Assembly: GCF_964355755.1 (NCBI RefSeq)
Contig: NC_092671.1
Coordinates: 3,720,001 to 3,784,000, forward strand
Reading direction: 5' to 3'
DNA length: 64,000 nucleotides
From: Antedon mediterranea
Lineage: Eukaryota; Animalia; Echinodermata
Under the pieces are notes generated by a model that did no database searches, was not told where the DNA came from, and was given only the letters and a program-made list of their open reading frames with translations. Below, in pieces: positions 38,042 to 50,227 of the stretch (its first letter is position 1; each line of letters begins with the position of its first letter). The position numbers were made by a program, and so were the translations under genes.

Positions 38042-38573
38042 GTGAGAATTTGTTTCATTATAATTTAATCAAATTAATCATTTTTAAAGATATCAACATT
38101 TTGTAAAATATGCTTTAATTCGTTTACACTTAAAATTATTTCGTTACGTTCTATTTTCAAATATAATTTTAAAAGTGAAACGTTACTTATTTAATCCGTT
38201 AGAAGCATATTATTAATAACTATCAAAGTGGAAAATTTAAGAATATGCGTACGGTTTAAACGAAAACAAATTTCTTTAAGTAGGTTCTTTGAAATAATTG
38301 GTTGATTACACGTGTAAATAAGAATTGCTAACACAGTCACGAATTCAGTTCACCGGAATTTACACATTAATTTGTACCTTAATCTAAAATTCAAATTTCG
38401 TTGAAAAATAACTTTCTGTCATCACAGACGATAAAAGATTACGTATAATTTTCTAACAAATTTAAAATTACTAGTAAAAAAAAATCAATTTAATAATTAA
38501 AAAAAATGAACAGAAACATAATATTTAATGCAATTTTTATCTAAATATATTTCTTTTTTTTCTTTGTTTTCAG
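38042..38573 (+). other. Intron in the 3' UTR of the ASCL1-like gene
   Basis: AAG|GTGAGA donor 17 nt after the stop; long polypyrimidine tract and CAG acceptor at 38571-38573. Confidence 0.75.
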
Positions 38574-39387
38574 GACAAGTTTGTGTACTTAGTCCCTGGG
38601 TAAGAAGTTAAGCCGCCGTCGCGCGTACACTACGTGGTGGGCGTGGCCTCGCAGCTCTAATGATCACGTGAGGTAGATGATCAACGAGGACAAAGCAATG
38701 ACAGGCCGAAGAAGATAGCTGATCAACCAATCAAAATCAGCCAAGCGAACAAAGAACTTAAACAATTAAGTTTTACTATTGTTACGCGCCAACTTCAGTT
38801 ATTTTTTATTAATACGAATTAAAGTTATGATTTAAAATCATCTTTAATGAACAATAAAAAGTAAATTAATTAAAATAAACAACGTCAAATCAAAATGTAT
38901 GTTAAACATTTAATTTAGAGATCCAAATGCGAATCTTAAAAATACGCTATTGTAATTACTGTGCTAAATTGTGGTATTCATATTTTTTTCATATACTCTT
39001 GTTATGTGTTTGGACTCCTTAACAAGGTCACTTACTTAATTTTTGTTTTGTATTTTTACTATTAACTACTTAGTACTTGCTCTATGCAATAATTAACTAT
39101 TCAATCACTTTCTTCCACCTTACTTTTTAAAAGTAACTTGTAAATTTAAATCTTTTATCTATGTTAATTTTTAACAGTTGTAAATATTGTACATAATAAT
39201 ATATTTTTTTGCTATTTCTATAACAAGTATCGTTGTGATGATGAACTGATAATTAAGGTACTTAATATGCTATATCTGTCTTCTAAATTATATAAGATTA
39301 AAATCTAAGATTTCTACTGCGGGCAGATATTAGACAAAAGAATTTAATCACAGAATGGTACTTTTGTATTTTCATACAATCAGAGAA

Positions 39388-39393
39388 AATAAA
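39388..39393 (+). terminator. Candidate polyadenylation signal of the ASCL1-like gene
   Basis: AATAAA followed by a GT/T-rich tract; alternative AATAAA at 38853. Confidence 0.4.
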
Positions 39394-42300
39394 TTTATAC
39401 AAAATACATTAAAAAACTGTTTGTATTTTTGTCGAATGTGTGAGTTGTGAGAGAATATGACTGACAGATGACGAATGAAAAAAAGACTGAGAAAGAAACT
39501 GTTTAGAACGGTGACTATATTATAATATATATGGCATATTACAGCAGTTCATTGTCTATTAAGACAACAGTATGATTATCGGATGGAGAAAGCATGGCTG
39601 AATTTAAAACCTGAGGCAACAATAACATTTGGATTTATCATACATAATAACCCCTCCTTTTGAAAAGTCCTATTCAGGAGCTATTTAGGCCAGCCTCTAT
39701 TCAAGGAACATCCCCTTTCCCGTGAAACGAGCGTGGAAAAATAGCCCTGTGTGTTAACACTTAAAAGGCAAACCCAGTTTTAGCCCGAAGATGTCCCCTT
39801 AACAGGGGTTCTCATGTGTTGTGAGACACTACAATGTTGATATAAACATAAATAAACGAAACTTTCATATATTATAATATAATGTGTTGAGAGTACACAG
39901 GGAGGAAGCGGGTTTTCAAAATTACTATAATGATTCGAATAATTAAAAATTGATTAAAACTTTTTTAGATTTCTTGGAAAGACAGCTCCCATTGAATTAT
40001 AAATCATCATTTTGAAAAATGTTACAATTAATTTGTATCACTCTCTAAATTTATATATATTATTCAACATGCTATATTTATATGCAATGAATTTGCGAAA
40101 TAAAAGTTTATATAGGCATTTATAGGCCTATATATTAAAACGATAGGCATATAACATGACGAAAGGATTTCCCCTGTATAGGGGTTGTTCGTGGTAGTGT
40201 GTTATCATAATTCAGTATTTCAGTACTGATAGACTATATTATGAATGAATTATAAATAAAATATTAAAGATAAATTGTTTATTTTTTAATTTTAGAGGAT
40301 GGAGTATGCGGGTAAAAGTACAGACTCTTCAAAAACAGCGGGTAACGCCTTCCGTATTATGGTATTGTACGGACGGTCGGTGGGTGGACGCATCGTTGTA
40401 AAGGGACGCCTCCTAATGTTTGTCGGCGCGCGGTATGTGGGTAGGTAACACCCATTTTATTTCTGTTACTACGACCCGCCTTTCCGCCGGCAAAGTGATA
40501 CCGTATTCCGTTAGCTGCCTTCCGCTAAGTTTTTGCGGGTATAGGTTAATCCATAGAAAAAAGTTTCTCCGCATGGTAAATATTGTATATATGGCATACA
40601 CTTCTTCATAAAGATAAAAAATTGCAATAAAGATGGATTTTTAATAGAAAATTGAAAAAACACAGTTCAACGGAGTTTATTTACTCACGAACGATCAAAT
40701 TAGTATAATTTAGCTGGAAATAATTTCAACCGTGGTAAAATGTGACCGAAAACAACACGAACAAAAAAAAATATTTCTCAATTAAAGCAAAATCGATAAT
40801 ATCGTTTTCTCATTATATGTCCTGTTATCGTTAACCGGCAATCGATATCATAACGTTTGGCGCCATGTCACGTGCACGGTATTGTTGATATTGTTGTTTG
40901 GTTGACTGGAAAAAACGTGAACGAATATAGATGCTTGTACAGCTCTGTTATGCTAAACAAAATATTAAATTAAAAATAAACTATCATGACTATTTATAAC
41001 TATTTCAAACTGTGTTATATGCCTATGCTCTTAAAACAATAAATCTGCCTTTTTAAATATAATATTAATTTTAGTAGGCTATTGGTTTGAAGGAAATAAA
41101 TATACATTCATATTCCTCATTGGGATGTCAAGAACATGTATAGGCTCTCAATAGTATTTTTATCATAAGGACCTCCATATGCCTAAATATAAGCCCTAAT
41201 ATTTTTCATTTAGTCCTACACAATCATTAAGGAGGGCTTGGTAAGTAAGTATATTCTTTATACTAACCTCCCGTAACCTAGAATTTTCTAAATTTCTCGA
41301 AGCTCGAGTCGAGTGTGAAAATGAATAACCCAATAGTAACGAATAGGCCTAGTGCACAGAATAAATATTGAATATGTCCGTGGAAACTAATCCACGCTGG
41401 AAGGGCCTCACGGCTGACTTATTGACTTACAGATTAGAAAAAACTAATAATAAAGGAATATAAATGGCACTCTGCCAACGAATAACAACTTTATTGATTA
41501 AAGATATTGTTTGTTAAATTATAAATGAACTTTACTCCGAGTCTTTGTTTATGCGTGGAGAGTAAATAAGGAAATGGTTTACATTTTAATTTTTCTACTT
41601 CTTCAAGATAATTTTTTGTTGGATAATAAAAATGGCCTCTCATCGTTTATTGCACCCATAAATATGAAAGATAAAGATGAATACAAATTCAATTTTGAAT
41701 AGGCCCCTTTTTAAAGTATAAATTTAGTTAGTTACTCAAAATAACGTTTAAACCCACAAACTGTACTTCCAACCGGCTTCCGGATGAGCATTAATTAATC
41801 AGTACCTGGTCCAATTGAGGTCAAAAACTATTACTGTGGCATAAAATGTCCTACGTAATAATGTTGTTTTTAAGGGGACAATATCAAAAGATGTGGACAT
41901 TATTAGAGAAGCCTATTCTTATTAACAACAAATCAGCAACATTATAAGATGGATTTTGTAGATTTAATTAAGAGGTTACCTTTAAATGTGATTTGATTTT
42001 TGTATTTTTAATTGATTATTACTATGTATATTTGAAAATGTATTTTCAGTCTTTGTTGAAATTGCCCCACGTGGGATGAATAAAGAATTTGAATTGATGC
42101 AACCTATCAAAGAAAAAAATGTTCAATAATGTGTATATTATATGACCGGGTGCCAGTATACCGTCATTCCACACCGTGAAGTAGCCGACGACATGATGTT
42201 ACTGACGTCACGTTCACTCAAATTGCAACCAACATACATTTAATATTTATAATATAATCGAAAAATACCTGTAACTGTAACAACAACGAACCTATATTAA

Positions 42301-45300
42301 TTAATAGTATTATACATTTTCTAAGAATTGTTTCGACATTGTATTATTGTTTATACGGGCCCATAAGTTCGTATTAAAATGATTGGTCTAAGTTCTACTT
42401 AGAATCGCTGTAGTTTACTGCAGTACGAACAATCCTCAATCGATGATATATTGGTTTTCTTCCAGGTTCACACGACCTTGTTAAGCGGAAATGCGATGAA
42501 GTATATAATTTTAGTACCCTTATTACGAGAACATTAATTTCATAATTCAATTAGGCCTAGACCACTCACTTTATATAAACTAATATTAGGCCTATCAGCA
42601 TTAAAACCGTATCAAAAACACGAACGGGTATTGGATGAATTTGAACCAACCAATACTAGGCAGTGTATAGTAATTAGCCTACCGTACAGATTTGAGTAAC
42701 CAGGTAGGTTACTACTGCATAGCTAAGTTAACGAATTTTCATCCCAATAAAAGTATCATGAACTATTATTTTGTGAAAAATACGTGTATTAAAGTGGCAC
42801 AATATTTTAAGTTTAAAAAATGTGATAACAAAATAAATCTTCCTTAAATTATAGTGATATAGTAAATGGGACAATGTTTGTGTATTAGATACAGATATTT
42901 GAGTTTCAAATGTATATAAAATTCAAAGTCCTCAAAATTAATAATTTATGGTAAATCGGAGAAATGGCTATAATAATTTAGTGAGAAACGGGAGCAGTTT
43001 GTGTTAGGTTTACTACCCACTACCACCTATCCACATGGATTGAAAAAAAGGTATATGTATATACATTATTTTTATATGTCTGAGTACAACACATGAACCT
43101 CGATATTGCATTTACTGGCATTTATTATTATAACGAAAGCCGTTCGTGTGGACAACTGGAATGACTGTATGTGGATTCCTTCCTTACGAATTGCGTGCCA
43201 CGGTAGCCACGACGTGTAAACGTATAGCCTATTAATTGATATAATACTTTATTTTGCAAACTCCGCGAAAGAGAAAAAAAAAACCTTTACTTTATTTACT
43301 CTAGTTAAAACTTACGAAGGTACTTAACATCAAAACCAGGGTAGCCTACTTTCTCCCAATGTATCTACCCCTCTGGTTGTTTCTTTTATAACGGTTGTTT
43401 GAAAAAGTTGAGTTCATGTCATAAAAAGCGAGAAGAAATCAAGGGTTTGAATACGAGCCTTCAAATCTTTAATTGACAGACATATCGTATTTTCTTAATA
43501 TACATTCTTTTCAAGAATAATTCTGGCTTACATTTCCAGAATAATCTTGTCCCCAAGGAAGCGAGGGTAGAGAAACGCGAGTCCTGGATAAGCCACGAGC
43601 GATGTAAGACAAAGAGACGCTAGAGTCAGCGCCAGTAAGGTGAACTTTGGATGGGATTGTAGCGTCCTTTTGTATTTGCTTAGCCTAAAGTGAGGTACCT
43701 CTTGAAGTGATAGGAAAGGTACATACCCTTTGATAAAACATCATAGACATACATTGGCACGCGTGTACACGTGGCATAAGCAAATACTGCCTCTACGACA
43801 GGTTAGCGTTAGGTATCAATTTTTTGATGGACAAACTTCTCGTGGTTATACCTTGTTGATAAGACTCTTTTGATCTCACCGCATAGCGTTGAAAATCAAA
43901 TATGATAAAATCGGTGACACCCAACCTCCATACATAACAACACTGGGCGGAGTTATAGTTCATTCAGCACGCGCCCGCTATAACGCCGCGCGGCGAAGAG
44001 TTGAACCCCTGAAATGCACACGCTCCTGGTACACTACCTGCAATGAGGGACGCTACATTTATGCAAATGTAGAACGTTAACTATTAATTATTATTATCAT
44101 TATTTTAATCGATATACTTTGATGCAGGTATATATTTCTAATGAAACTGAATTGAAATAACACAGAGAACAATTTCAGGTTTCTTTTATTATGGGCCTCT
44201 AGAGAGTGTCACTATATAATTGAGTGACGTAAAAAAAAGAGAAAAAGTGACAATTTTGAAATGCTGCTCTCAATGTTGCTGTAACGATTGTGCACGTGAA
44301 GAATGAGCTAAACAGAGAATTGAACCTCGAATTTTCTTATTTTTCAAAACCTCTAAATATTTTCATATTAAAGATTATATTATTGCCATATTACTTCATT
44401 CATAAAATTTTGGTTGAATTATGTTTGAAATACATACCTTACTGTGATGTATTATTTTTGCAGTGGAGTCCTCCTTGGGAGACCCCGAATAAGGTGACAA
44501 TTTCTCGCAAAAATGAAGGACAGTATTAATGATGTAGGCCTATGACCATTTCAGGGGACACTCCTAATAAGAAAACACTTTGTTGTGTCCCGAGAATCAA
44601 ACTGTATTACAATAATAACTAAAACTATAACTATAAAGCAGTACGTGATTTTTATAAAAATAAAATCTTTATTTAAAAATGTGTTCTTTATTTTGTGCCG
44701 ATTTCAGAAAGTTGTTAATTAGAGTCATTTTCTTTGTGTGGAACTGTTATCAAAATATCTTTATGAAATCGGGAGCTTTTCATAAAATAATATCTGAAGG
44801 TCGAGGTTGACAGGGACGTGCGTCAGTCACCTTAGAAATGACGATGCTTCGGGCTCTGTCATTACTAAACTCAGGTTAATTTCAAAACCATTCGTTTCGA
44901 CAAATTGATGAGTTTAACAAATGACAACGTTTAATCGAACGGTACCTTGTCATTACATATTAGGCTTAAATCATCTTTTAGCGGTTTTTTTTCTTCTAAT
45001 GTCTCCAATAATAGACAAGAAGCATAAATAAAATTCTATTCAGAAATAGTGTATGTTATTATATATCATTTACATTGAAAAACAGGACGGTAAATTGTTT
45101 GATGACATTTTTTTTCCCGGTTTTTTTTTACTTTAAAGATTTATTGTATATTATATTCACCCATCAAAATTCTTATATATTTCTTAAATACTCACTAGTA
45201 CGGTAATTTATTGAAGTCATAAAGATTTTCTCAAGTATTACATTAACTTTTTAAAAAAGAGTAGGCCATAAGTTTTTCACTTAGCCTCACTTATAAGTGA

Positions 45301-47228
45301 ATGGTGCAAATAAGAATTTCTCTTGATTTAATGTTTTTAGTGTTTTATTGAAACTTCTACTATTAAAACATGAACGGATTGGTTAATGAAACTGCTCTTA
45401 AAGTAAGTGGGTTTATACACGGTATGCCTACTATGTAAGAGTTACATACTTCGAGGCTGTGTATTGTCTCTAGACGAGAACAGGCCCAGAAATATCACTG
45501 TTGATCATTGTAACGGTAACAATTCATACCAGGGCACAAGCATGTGTTGAGATTCATACTATTATAATATTGCTAATAGTAATAGTCAAATATATCCAAC
45601 TAGCCTAATTTAAAAGAAGTTGAGGTAGGGGTCAGGTACAATGATTTATGTTTCACGTGGAGGTGACATGAACATCATACGCTAAAAGCAATTGTTTGGC
45701 AATAATCATAATAATAATTTTGACGTAGGCCTATGGGGGATTATTGAATAATAGATCGTAAGAATATTACCTACCCAGCTGCAGTGTGACAAAGTTTAGC
45801 AAGTGAATTAGTCGAAAGTGTTTGTTTTCGCTAATTAATCACGCTTGTTTTATTCATTTGTTTACGTTATAAGGACTCCTTGACGTTTCGTAAGCGTGGT
45901 AGCGGATTTGATTTTTGCGTATGGTCTTGTGTTGCTAGGAGACTTATTATTATTTATTCTGTTATTCATATTACATCACACAGCACTGCACAGCACAAAA
46001 GTTTGTGGACAAAAAAAAAAACAACTAAAAAACAATGTACTTTTTATTTTTCTACACTATCAAACCAGATTGACAAAAAAAGTGTGATATACCCAAATAT
46101 GGAAGTGGTATCCCATTATAGTAGTGATAGGCTTATGACATCGTCATGTACAATATGGACACATCATATATTTGGTTACATAACGTTTAATAAATCGAAT
46201 TGAGAAAGCCTTGCACATTGATTGTAAGTCTACAATTTAATTAGACATTTTCTGATTTTATGCAGTGTTGATAAACAAAACAAAAAACTATAGGCATACA
46301 TACGCCTATTGTAAATCGTTTGAAGTTTACTTACGTACTTTTATTTTATTATTTTGTAAGTAGAACAACTTATTGCCAAACATATTTGCGTTTAGGCCTA
46401 TCGATGTAGAAATAAAATGACCTATTGATGCCTATTGATTTTCTACGAAATTAAAAAAACTATCGACATTAGTTTAAAGAAGTCGACAGGTTGTCGACAA
46501 GACGTCACTTATTTTAGTTATAGAAATGTATGTTGGAACCAGATAAATTGATTTAATGTATGATGTATGAAATGTTTAAGTTATAGGTTTCTAACTTTTA
46601 CAGCATTATTGGTTCATAAACTTTACTTTATGACTGTCGTAAATCTGAGCAAGATCTTTCGCAGCTGCCGCCACGCGAGCGATTATCAATTAGTAGAATT
46701 AAGATTAAATATCATTTGTCTTAAATTAATAACCGTTGGGCGTAGATCAAGCGTGAAATATGATTTAGTGGGAGGTTCTTAGATTAACGCTGAACGTGTA
46801 ATAAAATCGTTTTTGTTTTTATTTTTTAAAAGATTGTGTTACTTTAAATTTGATACATTCATTATTATTCTAGAACCTACTTTTATTTATCTTGTAGAAT
46901 GTTTCGTCATCATCTTCACATTGAGTTTGACTTTATAGTTAGAGTAGTAGCCTATACCCCACCTTCAGGACCCAACGATGTGACGTCCCTTTTTAATGAG
47001 GAATTTCCTGATAACTGGGATTGGCTTTAGTGTTTAAACATAAATGCTCTTGTTCATTTTACTGAATAGGAGTCACAACGGAAAGGTTTACCAATATTGA
47101 AATTTGTATAACATATAAGAAAAACTCTTTATTATAGTAATATATTTTCTAATGAAGTAAAAAAGTGAAGTGAAAACATTATTTTAAATAAATAAATTTT
47201 GATTAGCACTTTAATCAAGAAAAAATAT

Positions 47229-47301
47229 CGATCCTGCCAGGACTCGAACCTGGAATCCCCTGATTCGTAGTCAGATGCCTTATCCATTGGGCCACAGGAC
47301 C
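47229..47301 (-). tRNA. tRNA-Arg(ACG)
   Basis: Identical 73-nt copy on minus with a T-run terminator. Confidence 0.96.
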
Positions 47302-47657
47302 TGTTATTTCATTATACTATTATTTACTTATTTTTTCTTTTGACTGGATTGCCATTTCAATAACGTATAGTACTGCTTTTCAAAACGGCCCAGTTACACG
47401 ATTTAGAGTTAAAAGTAATTAAAGTAACGAATGTTAAAACATACATAATGAAAAAGAAAAACTCGAAAATATATAATTGGATAAATATCCAGAAAAAAAC
47501 AACGGTTTGGAAAACTGTGGAGTTCCTTGGCTAGGTCATGAACTCTGCTTAATCAGACAACGTCTAACCAAACTGTCATGAAATTACTGGTAATTAATTA
47601 ATAATTAATTTCTTTAAATCCCGTATATTGACATTATAAACCTCACTGAATACAACA

Positions 47658-47730
47658 GGTCCTGTGGCCCAATGGATAAGGCATCTGACTACGAATCAGG
47701 GGATTCCAGGTTCGAGTCCTGGCAGGATCG
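47658..47730 (+). tRNA. tRNA-Arg(ACG)
   Basis: Identical 73-nt copy with a T8 terminator. Confidence 0.96.
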
Positions 47731-47899
47731 AATTTTTTTTCTCTAATTATTCCATACCAATAAACTGCATTGGGTATTAATCCAATAATGTGGCAATGGT
47801 GTGGACCACACATAATTTTGGGCACCATTGAAGTGCAGTAATCTTCGAGTCTTGCAGTTTCAGCCACAGTTCCTTTTGCGAAAAAATGCCAAAATCTTG

Positions 47900-47973
47900 C
47901 GATCCAGTCAGGACTCGAACCTGAAATTCCATGATTCGTAAATCATATGCATTATTTATTGGGCCAAAATACA
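47900..47973 (-). pseudogene. tRNA-Arg(ACG) pseudogene
   Basis: Colinear with the intact copies but with many stem-breaking substitutions and a 1-nt insertion; B-box core retained. Confidence 0.85.
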
Positions 47974-48110
47974 TCACATCGTGATTAAATTACAGTACGG
48001 TAATACAATGAATGCTGACTGTTTCATAATATTAAAAGTTAAACATTAAACACATTTTAAATTGGTAATGTCAATTAATAATTGACATGTGTGTAAATTA
48101 ACCCACAACA

Positions 48111-48183
48111 GGTCCTGTGGCCCAATGGATAAGGCATCTGACTACGAATCAGGGGATTCCAGGTTCGAGTCCTGGCAGGATCG
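48111..48183 (+). tRNA. tRNA-Arg(ACG)
   Basis: Identical 73-nt copy with a T6 terminator. Confidence 0.96.
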
Positions 48184-48556
48184 ATATTTTTTCTTTCTCT
48201 AATTTACTGTTAACAATTTGCAAATAAGTATGTATGTTAAAGATTTATTGTCCCCCTAAAAAAATATTTTTTTTAAATTTTTTTGTTGAATATGTTATTT
48301 TAATGTCACATAATAGTTATTCACTCTCACAAAATATTGGGTCTGAACAACATTTATTTACCTGAGAAAAATGTAATTTAAAGCAAAAAATGGTCAAATT
48401 GTCAGAAAGACAATGAGTTTTTGGGTAATTTAACTGTTTATTTTGTCTTTTTATAGGTGAAATAATTTTGTCCCCCGTTTTTTTTCTTATGGAAGTGAAC
48501 AACTTCATTAAAACTGCAAAATGGCCTATTCAAAGTGTGTAAATTAACCCACAACA

Positions 48557-48629
48557 GGTCCTGTGGCCCAATGGATAAGGCATCTGACTACGAATCAGGG
48601 GATTCCAGGTTCGAGTCCTGGCAGGATCG
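48557..48629 (+). tRNA. tRNA-Arg(ACG)
   Basis: Identical 73-nt copy; flanks duplicated from the 48111 copy. Confidence 0.96.
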
Positions 48630-49429
48630 ATATTTTTTCTTTCTCTAATTTACTGTTAACAATTTGCAAATAAGTATGTATGTTAATGGTATGCTGATGT
48701 TTAAAAACCATTGCATTTTTTATTTAATTCAAATACATGAATAATAACAATGGTCTGTACAGACACATGCCTATCGATTTACTTTCACAAACTCTCAGAA
48801 GTTATTTATGCATCCCAGAAAAAATACGCGAACAATTTCATATATTTCGATATAAAATATTAAAATGGTTCGGCCTGTGTACAGAGAATAATTACTTATA
48901 TCGTTCATCTCCCTCTTCCTGTGGTAAACGTCTCATCATAACTAGGCCTACATAATATTATTATAAAATTATTGTTTATAACAACCTAACAACTTAATCT
49001 TCAGAGCGCGTGTTGACTTATTAAAGGTGAAATAATAATACTAAGTATTAATCTACTTATTGACTTCTGCAGATCTTTATTTAAATCTAATCTTTTGACG
49101 GTAGATTTCTTTGATCAGGCCTGTAGATCATTATCGAAATTATTCATACGTCATTAAAATCCTGTCACGTGTTTTTTTTTAATATTATAATATATTGTAT
49201 CATTTTATATTCCGGTTTAACTGCGTTCAAAAGTGTAATCATAGGTCTATCTCTAACATCTATCGGAAGACCAGTTTTGTCGTAGTTAACGACTAGTTCG
49301 TGTGAACACATGTATTCGTTCTACGACCGGAAAATCAAGTGCGGCAGACACCGATTAGGAGCAGGATTAACACTATACGGCCTATAAAGGTCAGCTCAAC
49401 GGTTCTAAGCACGTCGTTTAACTCTATAG

Positions 49430-50227
49430 TATGGAACGCCGTTTACGCAACATTTCGATGATATGAATTTTATGACGCGATATGTGAATGAAATGCATCG
49501 ATATGAATTAAATGGTGCGATATATGAATGAAATGTTTTGAATTGAATGCTTTGAATTGAATATTTTGAATGAAATGTTTTGAATGAAATGTTTTGAATG
49601 AAATGTTTTGAATGAAATGTTTTGAATGAAATGTTTTGAATGAAATGTTTGAATTGAATTGAAAAGTCAAACTATTGGTGGCGTATGTCATTCTCGCTCG
49701 CGATTATTTTCTCAACCTCTTAGGCCTAACTGGGTACCCTCATCTCCTTTCTTCCACGCTGCCTTTACAGAGAATCCTAACATACCTGGGTTCGGAAATA
49801 TGTATTCCAATGTTTCAGGTCTGTTAGGGAGTCTCTCTGTAAAGGATTCATATTGATGACAGCGTTGAAAGGAGATGAGGGTACCCATGAAGTTAGGCCT
49901 ATTAAGAGGTTGACAAAAAATCGCGAGCGGGAATGACATACGCCGCCAATAGTTTGACTTTTCAATTCAATTCAAACATTTCATTCAAAACATTTAATTC
50001 AAAACATTTCATTTCATTCAAAACATTTCATTCAAAACATTTTATTCAAAACATTCAATTCAAAACATTTCATTCAAAACATTTCATTCAAAACATTCAA
50101 TTCAAAGCATTCAATTCAAAACATTTCATTCATATATCACGCCATTCAATTCATACCGATGCATTTCATTCACATATCGCGTCATAAAATTCATATCATC
50201 GAAATGTTGCGTAAACGGCGTTCCATA
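49430..50227. mobile_element. Foldback-like non-autonomous DNA element with long modular TIRs
   Basis: Arms ~49430-49761 and ~49860-50227 are inverted; each contains tandem 15-bp TGAATGAAATGTTTT units; flanked by CTATAG on both sides. Confidence 0.85.

Noticed and set aside
49470-50187. Paired ORFs with KTFHSKHFIQN repeats
   Set aside because: Translations of the 15-bp subrepeats in the foldback element arms.
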